The notes under the pieces are model-generated. The model was not told where the DNA came from and made no database searches. It was given only the letters and a program-made list of their open reading frames with translations. The position numbers were made by a program, and so were the translations under genes. DNA of 64,000 nucleotides. Source: an uncultured bacterium (lineage in GTDB: Bacteria; Verrucomicrobiota; Verrucomicrobiia; Verrucomicrobiales; DEV007). Of this stretch, positions 57,001 through 64,000 are shown one piece after another. Position 1 is the stretch's first letter; the number at the start of each line of letters is the position of its first letter. The stretch is taken from assembly GCA_963977015.1 (NCBI GenBank), contig CAXBMO010000009.1, positions 181,270 through 245,269 on the forward strand, in the 5' to 3' direction.

Positions 57001-59730
57001 TCGACTGGAACTATTACAGTCGAGTTTGTCAGTGAAGTGAACAACGCCAAGGTCAGCGGCATCGCCCTCTTTGAAGTCACAGGGCCACCTGAACCCGACG
57101 CGGACGGCGACGGCGTCCCCGATTCGGTTGACGCGTTCCCCAATGACCCCGCCGAAAGCGCGGATACGGACGGCGATGGCGTTGGTGATAACGCCGATGC
57201 TTTCCCCAATGATCCGACAGAAACCGTAGACACAGACGGCGACGGCATTGGTGACAACGCTGACGAGTATCCCAATGACCCGACGAACGGAGGAACGACC
57301 ACAGACAGTGACGGCGACGGTGTGATTGACTCCGCCGACGCCTTCCCCAACGATCCGACCGAAACAACCGACACCGATGGCGACGGCATTGGCGACAATG
57401 CCGACGTGTTCCCGAACGATCCTACTGAAACCGTAGACACAGACGGCGACGGCATTGGTGACAACGCCGATCCCTACCCCAATGATCCGACCAACGGGGC
57501 CTCATCTGGCAATGTGTTGCTACGCGCCATCAACTCTGGCGGCAAAGAGGAGGACACGTTCGAAGCTGATACGGACTTCGTGGGTGGCGGAACCTACCGA
57601 AAAGGAAAGGCCGTGATCACAGGAAATGGCGACGTCCCCGCTGATGTCTACCGACACGAGCGTGATGGTGACTTCACCTATACACTGACGGGACTCACTC
57701 CCGGAGCATCTCACCTGTTAGAACTCCACTTTGCCGAGATCTACTTCTCAGAGGCCGGAAAACGCGTCTACGACGTCCAGATCAATGGAACAACGGTCCT
57801 CGACAGCTACGATATCTTCTCGGTGACCGGTGCTAAAAACGCAGCCGTTGTTGAGTCCTTCAACGCAGTAGCGGATTCAAGCGGAACCATCACGGTGAAC
57901 TTTATTAGTGAGGTGAACAATGCCCTACTTAGCGGTTTGGCTCTCTACTTAGTCACTGGAGACCCAAATGATCCGGACACAGACGGAGACGGAGTCACTG
58001 ATTCCTTTGACGCCTTCCCCAACGACCCCAACGAGACCACAGATACGGATGGAGATGGCGTTGGTGACAATTCTGATGCCTTCCCAAGTGATCCCTCCGA
58101 AACCGTTGATACCGACGGCGATGGTATTGGTGACAACTCAGACGCCTACCCGAACGACCCAACCAACGGAGGGTCATCGACCGACAGCGACGGTGACGGA
58201 GTCATTGACTCGGTTGACGCCTTCCCCAATGACCCGACCGAAACAACCGACTCCGATGGTGACGGCACGGGCGATAATGCGGACGTATTCCCGAATGACC
58301 CAACCGAAACGACGGATACCGACGGCGACGGCGTTGGCGACAACGCAGATACCTTCCCGAATGACCCAACGGAAAGCGTGGATTCAGACGGCGACGGAAT
58401 CGGTGACAACTCTGATGCCTATCCGAATGATCCAACCAACGGGACCTCCGTTCTTCTGCGCGCCATCAACTCCGGCGGCAGCGACGAAGGAATCTTCGAA
58501 GCTGATACGGATTTTGTAGGCGGCGGAACTTATAAGAAAGGAAAAGCCGACATCACAGGCAATGGAAACATCCCTGTCGATGTTTATCGATATGAGCGTG
58601 ATGGTGACTTCACCTATACCCTTACTGGACTTACGCCCAATGCCGATCACATGATCCAGCTTCACTTTGCCGAGATCTACTTTAGCGAGCCAGGCAAGCG
58701 GGTATTCGACGTCTTGATCAACGGCAATCTCGTCCTCGACAGCTACGACGTCTTCGCTGTAACCGGCGCCAAAAATGCAGTCGTTGATGAATCCTTCGAC
58801 ATCGTTTCCGACTCGAGCGGAACCATCACGGTGACCTTCATCAGCGAAGTAAACAACGCCAAACTGAGCGGCCTTTCTCTCTACCAAGTTACCGCCACGG
58901 ATCCAGATTCGGACGGCGACGGGGTTGCTGATTCTGCAGATGCTTTCCCGAACGACCCAACCGAAACGACGGATACTGACGGCGACGGCACTGGAGACAA
59001 CGCTGACGCGTTCCCGAACGACCCGACAGAAACAGTTGATTCAGACGGCGATGGAACCGGTGACAACTCCGACCTCTACCCCAACAACGGCTCCATGTCC
59101 GGCCCCGGCATTTACACCCTGCTGGTCCCGGTCCCCACAGGGGTCACCAATAGTGGAGAAGGCTACGGAACTCTCACCCTCGACGGGAACCTTACTGGAC
59201 CTGTTACGATTACCATGGGAGATGGCTCCACGCTGAACCAGCAGGTAACTGTTACCAACCAGGCTATCGCGGTGAATGCCTCGGGAACGTTACCCGGAGA
59301 TACGCTGTCTGGCACTTTGGACTTTGAAGACCAACCGATCAGTGACCTCCAAGGGTTGGGCTTAAGTTGGACAATTGAAGGAGACCCCACTCCGGTATCT
59401 GTCGACCTCATCGGCTCTCTTTACCAGCCAGGCAATCTCGACGCCCTGTTTGGAACCAGCACCTTGCTGGTTACCCTTCAGGATGATAGTGGAATCGTTG
59501 CCGAAGAAACCGTGACCATCACTTCCGGTAATACGGTAACTTGGCCACCTACTGGTGAGACGGGCATCTTCGATCCCGCTACCGGAGTGATCACTTGGCA
59601 GATTACCGTAAACAGTGAGACTTGGTCATTAGAAGGCGTCTACTTCGAAGATCAGAATCTTGTTGGAGGCCAGTTCCACAACGGAATCAATCAAATTGGA
59701 GTACTTCGCATTACCCCTGACGCACCGTAG
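54001..59730 (+). CDS. Giant secreted protein: glucose/sorbosone dehydrogenase-like propeller, di-heme cytochrome c, 3 malectin domains, TSP3-like repeats, C-terminal domain
   Basis: Signal peptide; GLRGFAFHP, HIGG, GVRNPWRFS, YEEIN, FGWP; LSETG, PLWSD, CMDCH (55891) and CSNCH (56131); three RAINSGG...LHFAEIY...RVFDV units; DxDGDGxxD repeats. Confidence 0.85.
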   Translation: MKHFFHLACAIGLLLSVHAQTYTHHPATAEGMGTAGAIGAYLNGTLPYNPPSNSGSSSGPSWVLEDAFPALNGFWKPLDAHLVPNSSPPQIAVRERLGKVYIIEDDPTSTSKVQLLDIKNLIDNNHNGGLRGFAFHPEYNDPNSPNKDYFYTWYSTNINGTLYLQLSRFTRDPNTGSAPLSSELVMIRMKELAPLDHIGGGMIFDNDGFLLLGIGDLEYTDEEFLDTLRIDRMFQSCILRIDVDQDSSKSFPPTRTLQGGIVNGIQTTQSHTTGRYADALNLSGVGYFIPNDNPFVSEPDALAEHVAVGVRNPWRFSKDSVDGDIVFFDVGSNSSPVYEEINLYAKGADFGWPYWEGEVSKTYETGIAAPTNPLGPFTTDIWSYAHVDGNGNCIGDGVIYRGNSLPGLNSKVVYNDYNSGRIWALDYKGGGAPQNELLLDLDGGVTGMLISSDGESIYLISHTNHRISKLTLANTNVPEPPTLLSETGAFSDLATLTPTTGFLPYQPAAPLWSDAVSKYRWVAIPNDGTHDSASEKIVFSEEDVWDFPIGTVFLKHFELADDKQNPSSRIRLETRFLVRGADDWYAVTYKWNEEGTDAVLQTDGSTVTVPVTQLDGTTADQTWEFPSRASCMDCHQPAAGFALGMNTRQLNWDLAYLAAGVQNQVGYLNSLDIFHTDLDPNDFPTYLTSNNLSDSSASVEQRVRSFIDSNCSNCHRPGGVAGRAAFDARLTTPIGLAGIINANANAGTFGLTDPKLIKPGDIQNSIFHYRDGNRTDPSAQMPPIGTTIAHEGYITLLEQWITEIPTTLDSDGDGVQDTLDDFPFDPTETTDTDSDGVGDNADAFPNDPTETVDTDGDGIGDNSDSYPNDPTNNGTTGGYLFLRAINSGGDNEDNFDADTDFVGGGTYKKGKADITGNGDIPADVYRHERDGDFIYTLAGLAPNEPHLVQLHFAEIYFSESGKRVFDVLINGTLVLDGYDVFSVTGAKNAVVVESFNTVADSTGTITVEFVSEVNNAKVSGIALFEVTGPPEPDADGDGVPDSVDAFPNDPAESADTDGDGVGDNADAFPNDPTETVDTDGDGIGDNADEYPNDPTNGGTTTDSDGDGVIDSADAFPNDPTETTDTDGDGIGDNADVFPNDPTETVDTDGDGIGDNADPYPNDPTNGASSGNVLLRAINSGGKEEDTFEADTDFVGGGTYRKGKAVITGNGDVPADVYRHERDGDFTYTLTGLTPGASHLLELHFAEIYFSEAGKRVYDVQINGTTVLDSYDIFSVTGAKNAAVVESFNAVADSSGTITVNFISEVNNALLSGLALYLVTGDPNDPDTDGDGVTDSFDAFPNDPNETTDTDGDGVGDNSDAFPSDPSETVDTDGDGIGDNSDAYPNDPTNGGSSTDSDGDGVIDSVDAFPNDPTETTDSDGDGTGDNADVFPNDPTETTDTDGDGVGDNADTFPNDPTESVDSDGDGIGDNSDAYPNDPTNGTSVLLRAINSGGSDEGIFEADTDFVGGGTYKKGKADITGNGNIPVDVYRYERDGDFTYTLTGLTPNADHMIQLHFAEIYFSEPGKRVFDVLINGNLVLDSYDVFAVTGAKNAVVDESFDIVSDSSGTITVTFISEVNNAKLSGLSLYQVTATDPDSDGDGVADSADAFPNDPTETTDTDGDGTGDNADAFPNDPTETVDSDGDGTGDNSDLYPNNGSMSGPGIYTLLVPVPTGVTNSGEGYGTLTLDGNLTGPVTITMGDGSTLNQQVTVTNQAIAVNASGTLPGDTLSGTLDFEDQPISDLQGLGLSWTIEGDPTPVSVDLIGSLYQPGNLDALFGTSTLLVTLQDDSGIVAEETVTITSGNTVTWPPTGETGIFDPATGVITWQITVNSETWSLEGVYFEDQNLVGGQFHNGINQIGVLRITPDAP
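56425..59090 (+). repeat. Blocks of thrombospondin type-3-like Ca-binding repeats alternating with malectin domains
   Basis: Many ~23-aa units of DTDGDGVGDNADAFPNDPTETV with synonymous nucleotide divergence. Confidence 0.9.
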
Positions 59731-60038
59731 AGCTGATCAACGACGGCAGGGCAACGTTGAACCTCAGGGACAAACAACCTTATCTTTCAAGGATACTTCC
59801 ACCAAAATCTAGTTATCTTCTCTCCGTAAAACGGACTCGAACTCTACCTCGTCGTTCTTTCGGCGAGCTTTAGCGCAGCAGTTATTGGGCATTTTGAATC
59901 AACAGCAATAGGAGAAATCCGGCAAGGCCACGTGGAATCCTCACAATGCCAGACGCTTCGATTCATGGTGAACTTTGACGCTACCTCTTTTACCAGGCTG
60001 ACTTGAATTTCAGCCACCCTATTTGCACCACTCAAATC

Positions 60039-63000
60039 ATGAAGCTCTTACTACAATTGGCAGGCGTATTGTGCCTGAGCATTAGTGTGCACGCTCAATC
60101 CCCGGGAAATGACACGGTACTATTACGTGCCATCAACTCCGGTGGAAGCGACGAAGAAATCTTCGAAGAAGACACCGATTTTTCAGGTGGAGGAACTTAC
60201 AGAAAGCGCAAAGCCGTCATCACAGGGCACGGCAACATCCCAGAGGATGTTTATCGTTTTGAGCGTTACGGAAATTTTTCCTATCACTTAACTGGCCTCA
60301 TCCCAAATGCACCTCACCGACTCGATCTGCATTTCGCCGAAATCTATCACTCGGATCTCGGCAAACGCGTCTTTGACGTCCTAATCAACGGCACGCTCGT
60401 TCTGGAGAACTACGACATCCTTTCTGTAACAGGCGCTAAGAACGCAGCTGTGGTCGAATCCGTCAACACCACGGCAGACTCGAACGGAGAAATTTCGGTA
60501 ACCTTTGTGACATTGGTAAATGATGCGAAAGTTAGCGGGCTTACACTCTATCAGATCACCGAAAGCTCATCCGACCCTGATTCTGACGGAGACGGAGTCA
60601 TCGACACACTTGATGCATTTCCCAACGATCCGACTGAAACAACTGACACCGATGGCGACGGCGTTGGTGACAACTCTGACGCGTTTCCCAATGACCCAAC
60701 GGAAACCGTCGATACTGACGGAGACGGTATCGGTGACAATTCTGATCCCTATCCGACTGACCCGACTAATGGAGGAGACCCCACGGACAGCGATGGCGAT
60801 GGAGTGAACGACTCTGAAGACGCCTTTCCCAACGACCCGACTGAAACTACGGATACGGACAATGACGGCGTTGGCGATAACACTGACGTATTTCCTGACG
60901 ATCCAGCCGAATCAGCCGATAGCGACGGCGATGGCGTAGGAGACAACGCAGACGCTTTCCCTAACGACCCTACCGAAACCGCTGACTCCGATGGCGATGG
61001 CACCGGAGACAACTCTGACGCTTTCCCTACCGATCCAACGGAAACCGCTGACTCTGATGGCGACGGCACCGGGGACAACGCAGACGCCTTTCCCAGTGAT
61101 CCGACGGAAACCACTGACTCCGATGGAGACGGCCTCGGCGACAACTCCGACCCCTTTCCAAACGATCCCAATAACGGAAACGGAACCCCTAGCGGCGAAA
61201 CCGTGTTCCTACGCGCCATCAACTCCGGCGGGAGTGATGAAGAAATTTTCGAAGCAGACACGGACTACTTCAATGGCGGCACCTACAGAAAACGCAATGC
61301 CGTCATTACAGGAAACGGCGATGTTCCCGCTGATGTTTATCGTTTCGAGCGATACGGGAACTTTTCCTACACTCTAACTAACCTCACTCCAAACACAGAA
61401 CATCTGGTAGAACTTCACTTTGCTGAAATCTACCACTCGGATCCAGGCAAACGAGTCTTTGATGTCTTAATCAATGGAACGCTCGTACTTGAGAATTACG
61501 ACATTATCTCAGTCACCGGGGCAAAGAACGCAGCAGTGGTCGAAACATTCAGCACCTTTGCAGACTCATCCGGAGCAATAACTGTGACCTTTGTAACCTT
61601 GGTGAATGACGCCAAAGTAAGCGGTATTGCACTTTATAAAGTTACGGGCCCGCCAGAACCTGACTCAGATGGCGATGGCGTTGGAGATTCACAAGATGCT
61701 TTCCCTAACGATCCTACCGAAACCGCGGATACCGACGGCGACGGCGTTGGAGACAACTCCGACGCATTTCCCAGTGACCCGACCGAGACAATCGATTCGG
61801 ATGGCGACGGCATCGGCGACAATTCGGATCCCTACCCGACTGACCCGACAAACGGTGGAACTCCGGTCGACAGTGATGGCGACGGCGTCAATGATGACGA
61901 AGACGCCTTCCCTAACGATCCTACCGAAACCACGGATACCGACGGTGATGGCATCGGAGACAACTCCGATCCCTATCCCACCGACCCAACGAACGGGGGC
62001 CCCAGCACCGATCCTGATCTTGCCGGAGCAGCAGAAGGAGTTCCTTCTTACACGGGAGATTGGCAACTATTGCCCAGTGCCGATGGCAGCTCTCCCGAAG
62101 GTCGCCATGAGAACGACTACATCGGGATCTCCAACAAACTTTACCTTCTCGGCGGTCGCAGTAGAGATCCTGTCCAGGTTTATGACGCCTCGACAAATAC
62201 ATGGACCGATTACCCCAAGCCACCAATTAAGATCCATCACTTTCAATCCGTCGAGTGGAACAATAAAATCTATATTGTCGGGGCCTTCACCGGCACCTAT
62301 TCCTCAGAACCTCCCGTTCCCAATGTCTACATCTTGGACATCGCGACAAAAGAGTGGACCGTCGGCCCTGAAATTCCCTCAGACCGGCAACGTGGAGCTG
62401 CCGCAGCCGTCGTCTATAACGAAAAAATCTACATTGTTGGCGGGAATACACTAGGTCACCAAGGCGGGTTCGTTCCATGGTTTGATGAATTCGACCCCGC
62501 CACAGGAAACTGGACAGTCCTTGCTGATGCACCGATCGCTCGAGACCACCACAGGGCAGCCATCGTTCAGGACAAACTCTACGTTGTCGCAGGCCGCCAA
62601 ACGAACCGCCCCGTGGACAATGTAAAGGCCAATACCATCGGTCAGGTGGATGTCTTTGATTTCGCAACAAATCAATGGTCGACACTTCCGAATGACATCC
62701 CAACACAACGAGCTGGAGTCGCCATGATTCAACACGGCCGGGAACTTATTGTCGCCGCCGGCGAATCACTGTCCGGAAATCACAATGAGGTCGAGGCCCT
62801 TGACCTCATTGATGGCACCTGGAGAACACTACCTGACCTTGTCTATACAAGGAATGGCCCGGGAGGCGCATCTTTCAAAAACCGCCTCTTCGTATCTGTC
62901 GGCTCCCCAGAAGATACGTTGGCTAATCAGGAATTCCTCGACATGGAACCTCGCCCAATCCCAGATGGCGCAACCCTCATTACCGGCACAACTGCGCCCT

Positions 63001-63824
63001 CTCAAAACAGAAACTCTTTTGTCACCACCACTCTCCTTGATCAGCCATCAGAAACAGAGAGCATCTCCATCAAAGGCCTCGACGCCATTCCTGCGGGACT
63101 CCCAACGCTCACTTCTGAAACAATGGATTCAGACAGTGAATCCACCAGCATTGGAACCAATGCGCAACAACCTCCCGGCACAGGATCGACCGCCGAGCCC
63201 GGAACCTACACCATATTGCTACCGCCCCCAACAGGCGTCACGAATAGCGGAGAAGGTTACGGAACTTTGACTCTCGACAGCAATTTATCAGGGCCATTGG
63301 TGATTACAATGGGGGACGGCTCAACACTCAACCAACAAGTCACGATAACCAATCCGGCTTTCACCCTAGAAGCCTCAGGAACCCTACAGGCGGACACTCT
63401 GACAGGATTGCTCAGTTTTGAAGATCAACTGATCAGTGACCTTCATGGACTAGACCTCAACTGGACAATCGATGGAGACTCTGAACCGATTTTCGTCGAT
63501 CTGATTGGAGCCCTCTACAAACCAAATGACCTGGATGAACTGTTCGGATCCAGCACGGTTACTGTATCACTGCTAACTGAAAATAATGTCATTTTCAGTG
63601 AAACCGTCACGATCTCATCTGGAAATACACTTACTTGGCCTGCCACCGGGGAGAAAGGAACATTCGATCCAGTCACAGGATCACTAGACTGGCAAATATC
63701 TGTCAACACTGAAACGTGGACCTTGAAGGGAGTATACTTCGACGATCAAACCTTGATCGGAGGGCAATGGCACAACGGGGTTAATCAAATCGGAATACTC
63801 CGAATCACCTCAAAGCTCCCATAA
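60039..63824 (+). CDS. Giant secreted protein: 2 malectin domains, TSP3-like repeats, Kelch propeller, C-terminal domain
   Basis: Signal peptide from ATG 60039; malectin units; DxDGDG repeats; Kelch repeats KLYLLGG, KIYIVGA, KIYIVGG, KLYVVAG. Confidence 0.85.
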   Translation: MKLLLQLAGVLCLSISVHAQSPGNDTVLLRAINSGGSDEEIFEEDTDFSGGGTYRKRKAVITGHGNIPEDVYRFERYGNFSYHLTGLIPNAPHRLDLHFAEIYHSDLGKRVFDVLINGTLVLENYDILSVTGAKNAAVVESVNTTADSNGEISVTFVTLVNDAKVSGLTLYQITESSSDPDSDGDGVIDTLDAFPNDPTETTDTDGDGVGDNSDAFPNDPTETVDTDGDGIGDNSDPYPTDPTNGGDPTDSDGDGVNDSEDAFPNDPTETTDTDNDGVGDNTDVFPDDPAESADSDGDGVGDNADAFPNDPTETADSDGDGTGDNSDAFPTDPTETADSDGDGTGDNADAFPSDPTETTDSDGDGLGDNSDPFPNDPNNGNGTPSGETVFLRAINSGGSDEEIFEADTDYFNGGTYRKRNAVITGNGDVPADVYRFERYGNFSYTLTNLTPNTEHLVELHFAEIYHSDPGKRVFDVLINGTLVLENYDIISVTGAKNAAVVETFSTFADSSGAITVTFVTLVNDAKVSGIALYKVTGPPEPDSDGDGVGDSQDAFPNDPTETADTDGDGVGDNSDAFPSDPTETIDSDGDGIGDNSDPYPTDPTNGGTPVDSDGDGVNDDEDAFPNDPTETTDTDGDGIGDNSDPYPTDPTNGGPSTDPDLAGAAEGVPSYTGDWQLLPSADGSSPEGRHENDYIGISNKLYLLGGRSRDPVQVYDASTNTWTDYPKPPIKIHHFQSVEWNNKIYIVGAFTGTYSSEPPVPNVYILDIATKEWTVGPEIPSDRQRGAAAAVVYNEKIYIVGGNTLGHQGGFVPWFDEFDPATGNWTVLADAPIARDHHRAAIVQDKLYVVAGRQTNRPVDNVKANTIGQVDVFDFATNQWSTLPNDIPTQRAGVAMIQHGRELIVAAGESLSGNHNEVEALDLIDGTWRTLPDLVYTRNGPGGASFKNRLFVSVGSPEDTLANQEFLDMEPRPIPDGATLITGTTAPSQNRNSFVTTTLLDQPSETESISIKGLDAIPAGLPTLTSETMDSDSESTSIGTNAQQPPGTGSTAEPGTYTILLPPPTGVTNSGEGYGTLTLDSNLSGPLVITMGDGSTLNQQVTITNPAFTLEASGTLQADTLTGLLSFEDQLISDLHGLDLNWTIDGDSEPIFVDLIGALYKPNDLDELFGSSTVTVSLLTENNVIFSETVTISSGNTLTWPATGEKGTFDPVTGSLDWQISVNTETWTLKGVYFDDQTLIGGQWHNGVNQIGILRITSKLP
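60570..62000 (+). repeat. TSP3-like repeat blocks in the second giant protein
   Basis: Same DxDGDGxGDNxDAFPxDPTE unit in two blocks flanking the second malectin domain. Confidence 0.9.
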
Positions 63825-63887
63825 AGCCGTAGCAGGCTTACCGACCGCTGGGACTTCCAATATCAAGTTATTACTGCCAGCCTGACT

Positions 63888-64000
63888 TGACCTGTTTCCC
63901 GAAAAATGGACACTTGAAAACTGAAGTTCTGCTTTAACCTAACAAAAGCAGAACAAATGAAAAGAAGTCGATTCAGTGAAGAGCAGATCATCGCAGTCCT
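63888..64000 (+). mobile_element. Left end of an IS3-family insertion sequence (truncated by window edge)
   Basis: TG-starting terminal-repeat-like TGACCTGTTTCCCGAAAAATGGACAC; ORF from 63957 MKRSRFSEEQIIAV typical of IS3/IS407-group OrfA. Confidence 0.8.
63957..64000 (+). CDS. IS3-family transposase OrfA, N-terminal fragment
   Basis: Manual translation MKRSRFSEEQIIAV(L); too short for the ORF track. Confidence 0.8.
   Translation, partial: MKRSRFSEEQIIAV

Noticed and set aside
56425-62000. CRISPR array
   Set aside because: The repeats are in-frame coding units with synonymous variation, with no unique spacers and no cas genes.

Overview
Bacterial chromosome segment, probably from the PVC superphylum (Verrucomicrobia-like; inferred from the DUF1552/DUF1592-type, DUF1080 and ThuA-like genes). 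All family calls come from reading motifs by eye, not from database searches. (1) argH and a D-Ala-D-Ala dipeptidase. (2) A ~35 kb phospho-threonine signalling locus (2170-37436) with six Hanks-type kinase domains (four intact, two pseudokinases), two PP2C phosphatases and eight FHA domains in seven proteins. It includes two periplasmic trypsin-TM-FHA proteins, a vWA-TM-FHA protein, an FHA-FHA-ABC exporter, two lipoproteins, a MotA/TolQ/ExbB protein with a candidate MotB-like partner ending in vWA, a STAND NTPase/beta-propeller protein and a pseudokinase-TIR fusion. No secretion-system structural genes are in the window. This is the best candidate for an undescribed system. (3) PVC-type periplasmic/cytochrome genes. 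(4) A class III PHA cluster (phasin-phaA-phaE-phaB-phaC, divergent phaR with repeated operator-like motifs) next to a thiolase plus OB-fold pair. (5) Two giant secreted malectin/TSP3-repeat proteins with a shared C-terminal domain. (6) The left end of an IS3-family element at the window edge. No rRNA, tRNA or CRISPR array was recognised.
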